Below, piece by piece: positions 9,538 to 21,101 of a DNA stretch of 64,000 bases; positions within the stretch are counted from its first letter, which is position 1, and every line of letters starts with the position of its first letter. Origin of the DNA: a virus. The notes beneath the pieces are model-generated. The model searched no databases and was not told the origin of the DNA. It saw nothing but the letters and a program-made list of their open reading frames with translations. Position numbers and translations under genes: made by a program. The DNA lies in IMG/VR virus record IMGVR_UViG_3300029999_000002, positions 25,141 to 89,140 of that record; one strand, written 5' to 3'.

Positions 9538-10092
9538 ATGTCACGACAACTGGACCCCTCTCTAGCTTCTGCGCTGTCTGATGGCATCATCTATCCCATC
9601 GTTCTTGTGATGCTGACCTTCGCATCAAGTACGAAGTATGTGTGGAGCGGCGTAGGCAATTTTGTCTATAACGGCAACACCTATCTGGGTGTTGGATCTC
9701 TGGGCAGCATCAGCACGATTAGTGAAGGCTCCGAAGTGCAGGCAGATGGAATCAACCTGAAGCTATCAGGTATCGATCCTGTCTTCATGGGCGAGTGCAT
9801 GGCTGACATTCAGCTGGGTGCACCTGCAAAGGTGTGGTTTGCCCTCGTGAGTGAAGGTGCCATTATTGGCTCCCCATATCTCATCTTCAGTGGCAACGTA
9901 GACCAGCCAAAGTTCAACACTTCTGCTGATGAGTGCTCGATAACTCTTTCACTAGAGAACGAGTTGGTGAACCTTCAGAGAGCTAGTCAGCGCAGGTATA
10001 CGAGTGCTGACCAAAGAAATTTTTATCCCAACGACACTGCATTCGGTTGGGTAGAACAGCTAAATGACCAGGCGCTTGTCTGGGGAACCTAG
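9538..10092 (+). CDS. tail tip / hub protein (minor tail protein L-like)
   Basis: VWSGVG...YLGVGSLGSIS and RRYTSADQ...YPND..F motifs; synteny. Confidence 0.65.
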   Translation: MSRQLDPSLASALSDGIIYPIVLVMLTFASSTKYVWSGVGNFVYNGNTYLGVGSLGSISTISEGSEVQADGINLKLSGIDPVFMGECMADIQLGAPAKVWFALVSEGAIIGSPYLIFSGNVDQPKFNTSADECSITLSLENELVNLQRASQRRYTSADQRNFYPNDTAFGWVEQLNDQALVWGT

Positions 10093-10102
10093 AGGAGACA
10101 TC

Positions 10103-10543
10103 GTGGCATTAGTACGCAAAGATCATTGGGCCACGCGCTCCTATCATCAGTTCCTTATAGACAACAAAGACAAGACATTCGAGTGGGGGTCCTGGGACTG
10201 CACAACATTCTGCGCCAATGCAATTGAGGCTATGACAGGTGTCGACATCGCTGATGAAGTTCGTGGAAAGTACACAACCGCTATTGGTGCCATGAAGCTA
10301 ATCAAGTCACTTACTGGTGGAACTACTGTTGCTGATGCGGTTGCATACTGTGCGCAAAAGCATGGCCTTCCAGAACTTGAGAAGCCCAAGTTTGCAAAGC
10401 GTGGGGACGTGGTTGTCATCAAGAATGGTGATGACTTGATTGCAGGCATGGTGCACCTCAATGGCAGGCATGTGATCTGTGTATCTGAGACGGGACTTGT
10501 TCGTCTATCGATTGAAAACGTACAGAGAGCATGGAGTGTATAG
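10103..10543 (+). CDS. NlpC/P60-like tail tip protein
   Basis: FEWGSWDCTTF, AKRGDVV; GTG start after AGGAG. Confidence 0.7.
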   Translation: MALVRKDHWATRSYHQFLIDNKDKTFEWGSWDCTTFCANAIEAMTGVDIADEVRGKYTTAIGAMKLIKSLTGGTTVADAVAYCAQKHGLPELEKPKFAKRGDVVVIKNGDDLIAGMVHLNGRHVICVSETGLVRLSIENVQRAWSV

Positions 10544-10546
10544 GCT

Positions 10547-13447
10547 ATGAGCAAGGCACTTATGTCCGCTGCAATTGGCGCTGCGCTCATCGCAGGCGCA
10601 GCGGCTATCTTCATTGCTACGGGTGGCGTAGCAGCTGTCGCCGCCATCGGACTAGAAGCCACCCTCGGAGCAACATCATCAGTAGTTGTCGGATTGGCTG
10701 TAGCTGGCATCTCGATGGAAGCAGCGTCGATTGCCAATGCTCTGACCACCAATCGTGGTATGAATATCACCACGAGAGCAGCAGCAAGTTACAGACAAGT
10801 CATCTATGGGCAGCAGCGTGTTGGAGGCGTGACTATTTACCGCAGCACAACCGGCTCCCATAAAGATCAGTACAATTATGTCATTGTTATAGCAGGGCAT
10901 GAGATTGATAGCATTCAGAACCTATACCTGGATGGAAGACAAGTCTACTGGGATACGTCTTCGGTTGGTAACAGCACTCGCAACGGTGTGAACTTTGGCG
11001 GTAATGCTGATAGTAATAACCACGAGGGACCCAACGGAGTTCAATACAACTTCGGTTCTGGTAACGGTTATGCTGCTCAGGTCTTCTGTGACGCCTATTA
11101 TGGCGACCAGGCTCCTAACACTGTTGACGGCCACCTCACAGCGAATGACCCTGTATGGGCACCGGATGGTGCTGGTGGGTATCCCTGGGTCGCAGGCTGT
11201 GCCTATGTATACCTCAAGGTAGAGTCAAACGCCACCGAGTTCCCTGGTGAGCCTGAGATCAGATTCACGGTCAACGGTAAGAACAACATTCTTGATCCCC
11301 GCGAGCCGGCTGTTGATGGAATTCCCTACACTGGATTCACCTCTAACTGGGCGCTGATAGCAGCAGACATCATCACTGATCCCATCTTTGGTCTCGGTGA
11401 TCCTACAGTAAATCAGGCTCAACTGATCGCAGCTGCAAATGTCTGCGATGAGCAGGTAGATATTGCTATCGGTGGTACAGAAGCCCGATACCATATTGGA
11501 CACCACTACGACACCTCAACGTCCCCAGGCGATGCCCTGAACTCAATCATGGCCTCGGCCGCTGGGCGCATTAGCCGTATTGGTGGTGAGTGGTACTTGT
11601 GGCCGGCTTATTGGCAGGGACCATCCTTCAGTTTCTCTGATACCAACTTCACGGGCGCTGTTGAGTGGAAGCCATATCGTAGCTATCGGGATCTCATCAA
11701 TCGGGTGAACGGTACTTACACCGCTCCCAACTTCCCCTGGAATGTCACAGGCAATCTCTATGATGCCAATGGCTTCTACAACGGGTTCACGCAGAATAAC
11801 TTCGCGTTTGCCTTCCAGCCAACAAATTATCCCCAGTATGCGGCCGACGTGCTCCATGGGTACGCTTCGGATCAGTACCTGATAGCAGATGGCGGTAAAC
11901 AGCTTCCACTTGAACTCACGCTGAACCCAGTGCTGTCAGTATCACAGGCGCAGAGAATTGCGAAAATCGCGCTACTGAGAAATAGGCAGCAGGGTATGGG
12001 AACCTTCCATCTCAATCTTGCTTGTTGGCAGATGCAGCCTGTTGACGTGTTCCTGTTTGATTACGCTAACTACGGCTGGACGAGCAAGGTGCTTGAAGTT
12101 GGTTCTGTCAAATTCTCCATTTCTTCTGGATCAGATGAGTCGGCGCCCAGTGTGCGCGCCGAGTTTGAGGTTCACGAGACCGCCGAAACGGTTTATGAGT
12201 GGAGCACGGTTGAAGAGCTAACTGTCTATGACGTTGGTGCTACACCGACTCAGTATTCGGGCATTGTTGCACCGCCAACATCGCTCACAGCCGTGTCCTC
12301 AGCAGCAACCGCTCTTGTATCTCCAGATGGCAAGACAGTAACGCCTCGCATTGAGGTCACCTGGGATACCCCGCTGGACACATATGTTTCGCAGATTCAG
12401 ATTCAGTATCAGGTGGCTGAGACTACAGCTTGGCTGGATGGTGGCATCGTGTCCGTGGAGGCAAATCTCGCGTACATTGCCAACATCGTTGCTGGTCAAC
12501 AGTACAACATTCAGATAGCTTCAGTCCGCGCCAATGGCAACACTTCAGCGTGGGTTGGTCCTGTGACAATCACTGCTGGCTTGGTTCTCTCAATTGAGAC
12601 GGTAGCTGGCCTTGATCCTGGGTCTCTGGTTGGAGATGCTTATGATACGGGCTACGGAGCAGTAACCTGCAACCCGTTCACAGCACTGATTGGTCAAGTG
12701 TCTCTGCCAATCCTTCCTGGAGGCGCAGTCACTGTTTCCGTTGATGGAACAAGTGGACTCGCACCGCTAACACCTGTGTCGCAGCAGACCCTGTACTACG
12801 TGTACTACATTGACCTAACGTCGTCCGGTGGAAACATCACGCCAATCGTGACCACGAATCCAGTCGACTTCCTTGGAAAGCTTGGGTACTGGCTGATTGG
12901 AACAGTGACCACTCCCTATGCTGCTGTTACAGGTAGCGGTCCTGGTGGCAGCACTCCTGGGTCTTTGTATCAACCTTCAACCTCTACGAGTGTAGGAACC
13001 AGAACACCAACAAATCCCTCATGGGCATATGACGGTAACACGTCTACTTCTGCAGGGGTTGGTAGTAGTGCTACCAGTATTTATCGTCTTGGTTCTACAA
13101 CTTCATCTTCATCATATGGGAATGTCACCTGGGGTGTATTCCCTAGCTATGTTGCTCCATCAGGGGGAATGACGCTATCGATAAACCTGTCCTCAGTGGC
13201 GTCAGCAACTAACAACCCATTTGGTGCATGGACGTTGACAGCGGTTATCAATGGTGTTTCCTCAACGATAGCCTCTGGTACCAACACAACGCAACAGATA
13301 TTTACGGCCGCAATCGCTGCTGGAGTGAATCTCAACACAATCTCAGTGACGTTGAATGTCGCGCCCGGTACTCCAGTTGCAAGCTCTGGAACAACAGTCG
13401 CAAGTGCGTCAACGAATGTATCTGTGTTCGAGATATATGCACAGTAA
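10547..13447 (+). CDS. tail tip attachment / central fibre protein (J-like) with FN3 domain
   Basis: RQVIYGQQRVGG, AANVCDEQV, FN3-like VTWDTP...YNIQIASV. Confidence 0.8.
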   Translation: MSKALMSAAIGAALIAGAAAIFIATGGVAAVAAIGLEATLGATSSVVVGLAVAGISMEAASIANALTTNRGMNITTRAAASYRQVIYGQQRVGGVTIYRSTTGSHKDQYNYVIVIAGHEIDSIQNLYLDGRQVYWDTSSVGNSTRNGVNFGGNADSNNHEGPNGVQYNFGSGNGYAAQVFCDAYYGDQAPNTVDGHLTANDPVWAPDGAGGYPWVAGCAYVYLKVESNATEFPGEPEIRFTVNGKNNILDPREPAVDGIPYTGFTSNWALIAADIITDPIFGLGDPTVNQAQLIAAANVCDEQVDIAIGGTEARYHIGHHYDTSTSPGDALNSIMASAAGRISRIGGEWYLWPAYWQGPSFSFSDTNFTGAVEWKPYRSYRDLINRVNGTYTAPNFPWNVTGNLYDANGFYNGFTQNNFAFAFQPTNYPQYAADVLHGYASDQYLIADGGKQLPLELTLNPVLSVSQAQRIAKIALLRNRQQGMGTFHLNLACWQMQPVDVFLFDYANYGWTSKVLEVGSVKFSISSGSDESAPSVRAEFEVHETAETVYEWSTVEELTVYDVGATPTQYSGIVAPPTSLTAVSSAATALVSPDGKTVTPRIEVTWDTPLDTYVSQIQIQYQVAETTAWLDGGIVSVEANLAYIANIVAGQQYNIQIASVRANGNTSAWVGPVTITAGLVLSIETVAGLDPGSLVGDAYDTGYGAVTCNPFTALIGQVSLPILPGGAVTVSVDGTSGLAPLTPVSQQTLYYVYYIDLTSSGGNITPIVTTNPVDFLGKLGYWLIGTVTTPYAAVTGSGPGGSTPGSLYQPSTSTSVGTRTPTNPSWAYDGNTSTSAGVGSSATSIYRLGSTTSSSSYGNVTWGVFPSYVAPSGGMTLSINLSSVASATNNPFGAWTLTAVINGVSSTIASGTNTTQQIFTAAIAAGVNLNTISVTLNVAPGTPVASSGTTVASASTNVSVFEIYAQ

Positions 13448-13468
13448 CCAGTAGTCCGCAAAGAGGAA

Positions 13469-14023
13469 TTGATGAACTATCTTCAGATAATCCAATATCT
13501 CTACCCTTCATCTGTCCAGGGTGCGGACTACTACTTCTCTCTCATGCTTGATGGTGTCACTCCGATTCTCACGAATTGGAACACCACCAAGCTGGGAGTG
13601 CAGCCAACTGCTGCCACCCTGCAAGCAGCTTGGGCCGCAACGCAACTAAACTTGGCTCAGCAGCAGCAGCTTTTACTGTTGCAGTCCTGTGCAGCGGCAG
13701 CAATTACAAGCGGGTTCACATCCTCTGCGTTAGGCAGTCCGCACACATATCCATCACAGACAACAGATCAGTTGAACTTGACTGCTTCAATAGTGGCTTC
13801 GATGATCCCAGCTGTAGAGACTGGCTATACCACTCTCTTCTACTGCGCTATCGGCAGCCCTCTCGTGTGGTCATTCACTTCACACACAGCAGCACAGATT
13901 CAGCAGGTTGGCATCGACGCCAAAGCGTGGATTCAATCTCAGCAAGCAATACATGCAACACTCGCTGCCCAAGTAGCAGCAGCAACCACAGTCGCGACCG
14001 TCCAAGCAATTGTTTGGCAGTAG
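13469..14023 (+). CDS. tail fibre assembly-like protein (XkdW/DUF4376-like)
   Basis: WN..KLG.QPT N-terminus; GFTSSALGSPHTYPS..TDQLNL and HTAAQI motifs. Confidence 0.6.
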   Translation: MMNYLQIIQYLYPSSVQGADYYFSLMLDGVTPILTNWNTTKLGVQPTAATLQAAWAATQLNLAQQQQLLLLQSCAAAAITSGFTSSALGSPHTYPSQTTDQLNLTASIVASMIPAVETGYTTLFYCAIGSPLVWSFTSHTAAQIQQVGIDAKAWIQSQQAIHATLAAQVAAATTVATVQAIVWQ

Positions 14024-14082
14024 TAGTTCAGGCCCTCTAACACAGCAATGCAGTCTGTTACTGCGTGGGGAGAAACCATGTC

Positions 14083-14439
14083 ATGGTCCCAGTAGATGTA
14101 GTTTTAGGAATAGCAGCCGCACTTGGTGGTATAGGAACATTCGTATTTGGTGGGGGTATGTTTCGCCAGATGTTTTCCCATAGCAACAAGATGGCAATTC
14201 AGTCGCACCGACAAGATCAGACTGAAGTGTTAGTCAAAGATAACAACAACTCCATTATCTCTCTTCAGATGACTGTGGCTTTGCAGAACCAAAACATGGA
14301 AGGCTTCCAGCGCCAGTTAATCAAGCTAGACCTTATTCCAGACATTAGCGCAAAGCTGAACAGTTTTGGCCAAGTCATGGATGATGTCAAAGACCAACTC
14401 AGAGAGCTTCGCGAAGATCGCATTAGAGACAGAGAGTAA
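14083..14439 (+). CDS. single-TM coiled-coil protein (possible holin/antiholin)
   Basis: N-terminal hydrophobic segment, coiled-coil, charged C-terminus. Confidence 0.35.
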   Translation: MVPVDVVLGIAAALGGIGTFVFGGGMFRQMFSHSNKMAIQSHRQDQTEVLVKDNNNSIISLQMTVALQNQNMEGFQRQLIKLDLIPDISAKLNSFGQVMDDVKDQLRELREDRIRDRE

Positions 14440-14463
14440 GAGACAACACCGGAGATCCACATA

Positions 14464-15483
14464 ATGAGTTCTAACACTCGGACGGACCTCGCAACTCGCG
14501 AGTCCGTCATGGCAGAGGTGCGCGCCGGCATAAGCAACAGGCAGGTTGCCAGCAATCATGGAATTGATGAAGCAACCGTTCGTAGGATTCGCGCAGCATC
14601 TTTGCCGAAGCCTACCACGAATGTTGAGTACCTTGACAAGAAGATTGGTGGGTTCAACTGGCGTGATGCAATCGCTCCTATCCAGGAGATGCAGAAGCTC
14701 CACCGTGAAGCCTCTTGGTCCCAGCAGACTGCGACAATTCGTGTTGGCACTGGCCCTGGTCCCATTGGCATCCTTGTTTGGGGTGATCAGCATGTCGGCG
14801 CCAGAGGCACTGAGTATGACACGTTTGTCCAACTGACCGATCTCTTGCTTGAGACTCCAAACTTGTACGCGATGCTAACGGGTGATGTTGCAGAGTGGGC
14901 AGTCAAGCTTCGAGGTGTTGCTGAAGTCTGCGCACAACTCCTTGATCCTTCTCTCCAGCTTCAGTTCATTGAGTCGTGGTTTGACGAGATCAAGCACAAG
15001 GTCATTGCCAGTACCTGGGGCAATCACACTGATGACAGATCAGAAGCCGGAATCGGTGTATGTCCTCTCAAAAACATTATTGCCAAGCACGTTCCTTATT
15101 TCAGTGGCATCGGCCACATGGAATTGCTGGTTGGAGAGCAGTCATACAAGATTGCGTGCTCCCACAAGTTCTCTGGTGTGACAGCCCTTGACTCTACGGC
15201 GGGTGCGAAGAAATATCTAAGAATGGAAGCCCCAAGCTTTGATGCTGCCATTCAAGGGGACTGTCATCGTGCTGGTGTCTCGATGTACAACGAAGGACCC
15301 AGCCACCGTATTGCTATTACCAATGGTACACACCATCTGCACAGCGGCTTCGCTGCACGTTATTTCTCTATCGCTACGAGTGACTGTATGCCTGTTCTAG
15401 CGTTGTGGCCAGATACGAAGCGCATGGTTGGCTTCTTCAATGTGGATCAGTTCACAGCAACGATAGGTGGTAAGAGTGTCTAA
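14464..15483 (+). CDS. calcineurin-like metallophosphoesterase with N-terminal HTH
   Basis: GDQH, TGD, GNH, SH and GDCH motifs; SNRQVASNHGIDEATVRR HTH. Confidence 0.8.
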   Translation: MSSNTRTDLATRESVMAEVRAGISNRQVASNHGIDEATVRRIRAASLPKPTTNVEYLDKKIGGFNWRDAIAPIQEMQKLHREASWSQQTATIRVGTGPGPIGILVWGDQHVGARGTEYDTFVQLTDLLLETPNLYAMLTGDVAEWAVKLRGVAEVCAQLLDPSLQLQFIESWFDEIKHKVIASTWGNHTDDRSEAGIGVCPLKNIIAKHVPYFSGIGHMELLVGEQSYKIACSHKFSGVTALDSTAGAKKYLRMEAPSFDAAIQGDCHRAGVSMYNEGPSHRIAITNGTHHLHSGFAARYFSIATSDCMPVLALWPDTKRMVGFFNVDQFTATIGGKSV

Positions 15484-16096
15484 GTCATTAGTGATTGGGT
15501 TTAGTGGTTTGGCCCGGTCGGGAAAAGACTCTTGTGTTGATCACTTGGTCAGCAAATATAAGAGCAGCAAAATTCTAAAGACCTCATTTGCGAAAAAATT
15601 ACGCAGTGAAGTTCACAAAGCTATGCACGCGGTAATGGAAGAGCAAACCTGCTCCGAGCGTGAAGGTCTTAGAGTGCTCTGTGAGCGTGAAGGTGTTGAG
15701 TATGAACCCTTCGCTTGCAGAGACACGATGGACCCTTTTGGCAAGCAACGTTATCTCCTTCAAGCCTGGGGAATGAAGCGAAGAAATGAACATGCTGATT
15801 ATTGGGTTGAGAAAGTAGAAGAAGAGATTGCTTCTAGGCAGCCTGATTTCGTGCTCATTTCTGATCTCCGTTTCGAGAACGAGGCTGCCTACATAGCCAG
15901 CGTTGAAGGAAAGACTGTAAGGGTAAATCGTCCCAATAGTGGGCTTACTGGACAGGCAGCAACTCATGTGTCCGAGCACGCGCTTGCACACTATGCATTT
16001 GATTACGAGATTGCTAACACGGGCACAATCAAGCATCTTCACCAGCGAGTGGAGCAGGTGTTCGGGGCAATTCAGCAAACGAGGTTCAAATGGTAA
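15467..16096 (+). CDS. deoxynucleoside monophosphate kinase
   Basis: P-loop GLARSGKD, SFA, LLQAWG, ISDLRFENE, HVSE. Confidence 0.85.
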   Translation: MVRVSKSLVIGFSGLARSGKDSCVDHLVSKYKSSKILKTSFAKKLRSEVHKAMHAVMEEQTCSEREGLRVLCEREGVEYEPFACRDTMDPFGKQRYLLQAWGMKRRNEHADYWVEKVEEEIASRQPDFVLISDLRFENEAAYIASVEGKTVRVNRPNSGLTGQAATHVSEHALAHYAFDYEIANTGTIKHLHQRVEQVFGAIQQTRFKW

Positions 16097-16347
16097 TAGA
16101 GACAGCCCTAGCCGCCTTGGTTGGCGTCTTCGCTGCACAGTCCCTGAACGCAGCAGTGTCTGCAATGTCCAAGCCGAAGCGGGACGACGGAGCTTATGCC
16201 TACTGGTTTAAGTTTTTGCATGCCGAGGCATCCATAGTTACTTCTCTGATCGAGAAGAAGGTAGATGGACTTGATGTGCAGACAAACACGTTCGTAAAAA
16301 CTGAGACCGCGATTACACCGGCCTCCTCAACAGACCCAAAAAGCTAA
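16090..16347 (+). CDS. small membrane protein (possible holin)
   Basis: Hydrophobic N-terminus; late operon. Confidence 0.35.
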   Translation: MVIETALAALVGVFAAQSLNAAVSAMSKPKRDDGAYAYWFKFLHAEASIVTSLIEKKVDGLDVQTNTFVKTETAITPASSTDPKS

Positions 16348-16361
16348 CAAGGAGTAACACT

Positions 16362-16775
16362 ATGAGTTTGATCACTGATTTGAAGTCGTTCGCATCGAAG
16401 GTAGAAGTTGCTTTCAAGAAGCTCTTCGGTGATGCGCCCGAGTGGATCACTATTGCACAGGGTGTGCTCACCTACCTGGGACCGGTCGTTGTCACGATCC
16501 TGACCATTGGTGGTGGCGTGGCTCTGGGCACGGAAGCGAACACCATCATCGCTGGTATCAAGTCCGATCTGGCTACTGCCATGGCAACTGTGACTACGGT
16601 CAACGCTGCTTCCAGCCTGCCTGCATTGCTGACTGGTATTCAGGCTCAGTTGCCTGCGCTCTTGGCTGCGGTCAAGGTCAGCAACCCGACGAAGGCTGCT
16701 GAGATCGAGAACTACACGAGCATCATCTCGACGGAGCTCACGGCTGTTGTCAATGCCATTCCTTCTGTTGCCTAA
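16362..16775 (+). CDS. hypothetical Ala-rich protein
   Basis: ORF with AAGGAG RBS and phage-like codon use. Confidence 0.6.
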   Translation: MSLITDLKSFASKVEVAFKKLFGDAPEWITIAQGVLTYLGPVVVTILTIGGGVALGTEANTIIAGIKSDLATAMATVTTVNAASSLPALLTGIQAQLPALLAAVKVSNPTKAAEIENYTSIISTELTAVVNAIPSVA

Positions 16776-16797
16776 GAACTATCCAAGTAATTCCTCA

Positions 16798-16821
16798 GGG
16801 GCGCGCTAGTACAGGCGCCCC
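16798..16821 (+). repeat. hairpin repeat B1
   Basis: GGGGCGC-GCTAGTACAG-GCGCCCC; copies at 21163 and 24486. Confidence 0.75.
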
Positions 16822-16848
16822 GACATTTTGTAACAGATAAGGACCCTC

Positions 16849-19800
16849 ATGAACCGTTTGTTTAAAGCAGTTCTCGCCCTCGTGTGTCTGTTTGGCCTGG
16901 GCCAAATGGCGAGTGCGCAGACCACCACCGTCACGGCTGCACATTTGAAAATGGGTGGCTACCTTATTTCTACAGGACAGGTTGACATTACACCTGTTAA
17001 TTTGCAGGGTGTTCCCATTGCTTTCGCTGATGCCACTGGTGCCCAGAACGGACCCACGGCGTATTCTTGCCAAGTTGTAGCCGGCGTGATCACTGGCGCC
17101 ATCGGTGAAACCGGAACTGTTAGCGGAACCTGCGTCGTACCCGATGCGTCCCTCACGACTCCTGCCAACATCCTGTACCAGATTCAGGTTCTGGATCAGT
17201 CCACTGGGCAGCGCACCTCTGGCTTGGCTTACACCATGCAGGCTGTTGTAGGTGTCACAGGCTCTACCTGGGCTCTGGATCACTATGGTCCCCCGGCTCA
17301 GACTTCTGCTGTAAGCTCGCTTCAGGCTACTCAGGGCTCTACCTTGCCCACGTCCTGCGTCTCGCCCTCGGTGTTTACCTACTACAACACAGGTGGTTCA
17401 TTTCTTGGCTTCTATACCTGCGTGGGTGGCGTTGAAGTTGCCATCACTACAGGCAGCACAGGTCCAACTGGTCCTGCTGGACCTACAGGTCCCGCTGGTA
17501 CGGCTGGTGCAACGGGTCCCACGGGAGCAACAGGTCCAACTGGCCCAACTGGATCAACGGGTGCCACTGGTCCTACAGGCTCAACCGGCTCCGCTGGCGC
17601 TGCTGCCACCATCGCTGTTGGCACTGTGACCGCGCTGTCTCCTGGTGCAACGCCTACCGTTGTCAATGCAGGCACATCGAGTGCGGCCACTTTCAACTTT
17701 GGTATCCCTAGCACTTCTAGCTTGACTCTGGCCAACATTGGGGCAGGGGCAGCAGGCGCTGGTCTGTTTGACTTCTCCGCTGCGACCGCGCTGAAGGTTC
17801 CTATTCATGCAGGTGCAACAGCTGCCGCTGCTGGTGAGTTGATCTATGACTCGACCAACGGCAACCTACACACGAATGTTGTTGGCACTGATTTGATCCT
17901 TGCTGGATTCCCTTCTGCGTCCCTGCCTACAACCGGCCATTGCGCTCAGTTCACTGAAATTGGCGCCTGGTGGGAGATCACGGATGCTGGGGCGGCTTGC
18001 GGTAGTGGCTCTGGTGGTGCGCCCTATCCGTCTGGTTCTGGTATTCCAGTTGTCGCTGGTGGTGCATCGTGGGGAACCACCGTAGCTGCCCCCGCTGGAG
18101 CCATCGTTGGTACCACTGATACCCAGATGCTGACCAACAAGACGGTCGATGGTGTAACTCCTGCGACCTTGGCGTTCATGGATGCCACGAGCAGCGTTCA
18201 GACTCAATTGAATGCGCGCACGTCTAGCACAAAGGCTAAGTATGTATCTACCGTCACCGGTGTAACATCATACCCGTACACAAATTGTGCACCTGGAGCT
18301 TCAGCAACTGGGTTGACAGACAGTTGGTCTGTGATAAACGCTTATGCTGCCACTGCTGGCCAGCGATTGGAGTTTGACGGCTGTTTTGCGTTGAGCCAAG
18401 CACTAACTCCCAACTCTTCCACCACCCTCCATGGCGCATTTGGTGGCGCGGGCGTCATTATGCTCACGGGTGCCAACACTCCAGCCATCCAGAACCTCCA
18501 TCAGGCCGGACCCACCACCGCCAGCGGCACGGGAGGGTATGCCGTTTCTAACATCACGGACACCAACATCAGCGTGTCTGACATGATGATCAACTGCAAC
18601 TCAACGCAATCCGTCACCGGCAGCGGCAACGGCCAGAGCGTAGCACACACTACCAACAGTTCAAACGTGTGGATCTTCTGTGAACAGTACCTTGGCGTTA
18701 GCGGTCTGTTCCACGATCACAACTACGTCTACGACGCAGGCACATATAGTGTCATGTACTCCAACGTGGAGCATGCTTGGTTTGGTCATGACCAATTGAT
18801 CCAACCCACACCGTTGGTGCTGAAAAAGAACACGGACGGACTGCATTGCACCGGGCCATGCACGGACATTCACATCAGTGATGAGCGGATTCTAGCTGGC
18901 GACGACGCTATGGCCATCAACTGTAATGACGGCAACCAAACAGACCCCGGAGCCTACCCGACCGGCTTCAAGTTCGGCCCGTGCCTGGGCTTCTATATCA
19001 ACAACGTCAACATAGACGGTAGCTTGTCCGGCCCGCTCATCTATAGCAGCACTGAGCTAGCAGACGACATCCACATGAATAACATCGGCGGGACAGTCCT
19101 CGGTAACGGTCTAGAGATTGCACCGTTCACCACCGGCCCGGGTAACGTTGGCAGTGTCTATATCAGCGGCTACAGTTCGCAGTCCAACGGTTCACAGAAC
19201 CCTTGGTCGCAACCGTATCCCTTCCTCATCACGGCCAACTACAAGCTTATCGAGCTTGGCATCCAGTACAAGAACCCCGCAGCCGCCGTTGCGACGTGGC
19301 CGATTCTTACCCATAACGTCGCGACCCCGGGCATCCTGTCGTTGCGGAACTGGGACGTGAACACCTCCACCACGACCCTAACCGTCCCTTTGATTGACAT
19401 AACGGGTGGAGGCGCTCCGCAGGTCTCTATCAGTGGCCTGAACTGGCAGGATGTCATCACGGGCGGGACCGCTACCGTGTTCGGCGGCTCGACCGTACCG
19501 GCCACGCTCAACTGCTCCAACTACAACGGTCCGAACCGTCTGCTCGCGTCTGGGTTCGCTCCAGCCCAGCAAAACGGCGACTGCTTCACCAACACCTATC
19601 CCTCTACCCACACCATCGGTTTGATTCCCGCGATGACGGGTGGAAACACCACGATAGCTGCAGACCAGGTAACCCTTTTGGGAACTCCCTTCCCGGTGTC
19701 GGGAACACTGTCCTCGATTAGCTTCCAATATGGAGCTGCACCCGGCAGCACTACTCCCATAACGATAGCAATCTTCAGCGGTACGCTGCCTAACCTAACC

Positions 19801-20064
19801 GTTGTCAACAGCTTCACCGTCACTCCAGCAAATGTAGCGACAGTGCAAACGATGACAGGTGGCGGTGTCAACTTCCCAACGACAGCTATCACAGCAGGGG
19901 AGTATATCGGATACTGGGGAACAACCGTAACGCCAGGCTTCGGTGTGGCTTCGGGGTATAACATCTACTACTCACCGTCACACACAACCCTGCCCACCGG
20001 CTCGGTCGCGTATACGCTGCTAGGCGGGGATGCGATTGCTTTGACTGCAACCACAACTCCCTAA
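16849..20064 (+). CDS. signal-peptide-bearing fibre-like protein with collagen-like repeat and GH28-like beta-helix, paralog 2
   Basis: [23 protein letters not shown]|Q signal peptide; (GPT/GAT)n at about 17450-17600; NTDGLH...GDDAMAI resembles the polygalacturonase (GH28) NTDG/GDD motifs. Confidence 0.7.
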   Translation: MNRLFKAVLALVCLFGLGQMASAQTTTVTAAHLKMGGYLISTGQVDITPVNLQGVPIAFADATGAQNGPTAYSCQVVAGVITGAIGETGTVSGTCVVPDASLTTPANILYQIQVLDQSTGQRTSGLAYTMQAVVGVTGSTWALDHYGPPAQTSAVSSLQATQGSTLPTSCVSPSVFTYYNTGGSFLGFYTCVGGVEVAITTGSTGPTGPAGPTGPAGTAGATGPTGATGPTGPTGSTGATGPTGSTGSAGAAATIAVGTVTALSPGATPTVVNAGTSSAATFNFGIPSTSSLTLANIGAGAAGAGLFDFSAATALKVPIHAGATAAAAGELIYDSTNGNLHTNVVGTDLILAGFPSASLPTTGHCAQFTEIGAWWEITDAGAACGSGSGGAPYPSGSGIPVVAGGASWGTTVAAPAGAIVGTTDTQMLTNKTVDGVTPATLAFMDATSSVQTQLNARTSSTKAKYVSTVTGVTSYPYTNCAPGASATGLTDSWSVINAYAATAGQRLEFDGCFALSQALTPNSSTTLHGAFGGAGVIMLTGANTPAIQNLHQAGPTTASGTGGYAVSNITDTNISVSDMMINCNSTQSVTGSGNGQSVAHTTNSSNVWIFCEQYLGVSGLFHDHNYVYDAGTYSVMYSNVEHAWFGHDQLIQPTPLVLKKNTDGLHCTGPCTDIHISDERILAGDDAMAINCNDGNQTDPGAYPTGFKFGPCLGFYINNVNIDGSLSGPLIYSSTELADDIHMNNIGGTVLGNGLEIAPFTTGPGNVGSVYISGYSSQSNGSQNPWSQPYPFLITANYKLIELGIQYKNPAAAVATWPILTHNVATPGILSLRNWDVNTSTTTLTVPLIDITGGGAPQVSISGLNWQDVITGGTATVFGGSTVPATLNCSNYNGPNRLLASGFAPAQQNGDCFTNTYPSTHTIGLIPAMTGGNTTIAADQVTLLGTPFPVSGTLSSISFQYGAAPGSTTPITIAIFSGTLPNLTVVNSFTVTPANVATVQTMTGGGVNFPTTAITAGEYIGYWGTTVTPGFGVASGYNIYYSPSHTTLPTGSVAYTLLGGDAIALTATTTP

Positions 20065-21101
20065 GAGCTATACCAAACCGCAGTACGTTCAATGGACTCA
20101 GCCAGAGAATAATGCTGGCTGAGTCCAAGTTCGTGTTGCACCCGCTGCGTTGCTGGAACATAGCGCGTGGGTGCAACACCTTCCTTTGGATGTTGAGCAA
20201 TGCTGATTGGCAAAGAGGGGTTGAGGGTGTCTGCTGTAAGGCGTGCCAACTCAGCGATGCTGATTGCCTCATCTGAACCCACGTTGAATGGGCGAAGAGT
20301 AGGAGCTTTGAAAAGAATAGTCCACAACCAAACTGCGAGATCAGCCGCGTAGAGATATGAACGTAATGGTGTGCCATCCCCACCGATCTGAATTGGTGAT
20401 CCTTTGATAGCATCTCGAATGAAGTTTCCAACAGCAAAGTTGCTGTCAAGAGGCAGATTGGGACCTACGAAGGCAAAGCAGCGCGCAATCTTGAACTCAA
20501 TAGATGATTGCTTTGCGTACAGTGCGCACATCAGTTCTGATGCCCTTTTCCCTTCACCATAAGCAGAATTTGGGGAAAGCACATCCGGCGCACCGAGGAA
20601 TTCTTCTGAAACGTTGCTGAGATCAGTTGGTTGTACACCATAGACAGCACCCGAGCTAGTGAGAAGAAACTTCTTAGTTGCATGGGTGGCTGCAAACTCT
20701 AACATATGTGCAGTGCCCTCTGTGATAGCAGTGTATCGCTCAATAGGATTGCTATTTTTAGTGATTGTAGAAACCTCTGTTGCAGCGTGGATAACAAATT
20801 CAAATTCACCTGGAGGTATCTGGAACGACCTTATATCTCCAGAGACCATAGTTACGGATGGATCACTAGCAAGATGAGGTGATTGTGTTCTAAAACGTTC
20901 TGGGTAACGTGTGAGTACAGATACCTCAGCGTGTAAAGTCAACTTTTTGTTGATATGCAGGAATGTTGAGAGTAGCCATGTGCCGAAGAATCCAGTACCA
21001 CCTGTGATGAAGAGTCTCTTATTCCTAAGCTCATCCCACAGTGGGCGGGTCTGCTCAAGCACAAAGTTTAGGTCATCAGTTGCAAAGGGCTTGTTAGTCA
21101 T
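20061..21101 (-). CDS. NAD-dependent nucleotide-sugar epimerase/dehydratase (extended SDR)
   Basis: [35 protein letters not shown]. Confidence 0.9.
   Translation of the reverse strand: MTNKPFATDDLNFVLEQTRPLWDELRNKRLFITGGTGFFGTWLLSTFLHINKKLTLHAEVSVLTRYPERFRTQSPHLASDPSVTMVSGDIRSFQIPPGEFEFVIHAATEVSTITKNSNPIERYTAITEGTAHMLEFAATHATKKFLLTSSGAVYGVQPTDLSNVSEEFLGAPDVLSPNSAYGEGKRASELMCALYAKQSSIEFKIARCFAFVGPNLPLDSNFAVGNFIRDAIKGSPIQIGGDGTPLRSYLYAADLAVWLWTILFKAPTLRPFNVGSDEAISIAELARLTADTLNPSLPISIAQHPKEGVAPTRYVPATQRVQHELGLSQHYSLAESIERTAVWYSS

Noticed and set aside
10147-10773. 208-aa - strand ORF and many similar antisense ORFs in the track
   Set aside because: They lie opposite well-supported tail or replication genes and reflect codon bias.
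17450-17600. Repetitive GGT/CCN/ACN DNA that might be a CRISPR or VNTR
   Set aside because: It is degenerate coding sequence for collagen-like G-X-Y triplets; there is no repeat-spacer structure.
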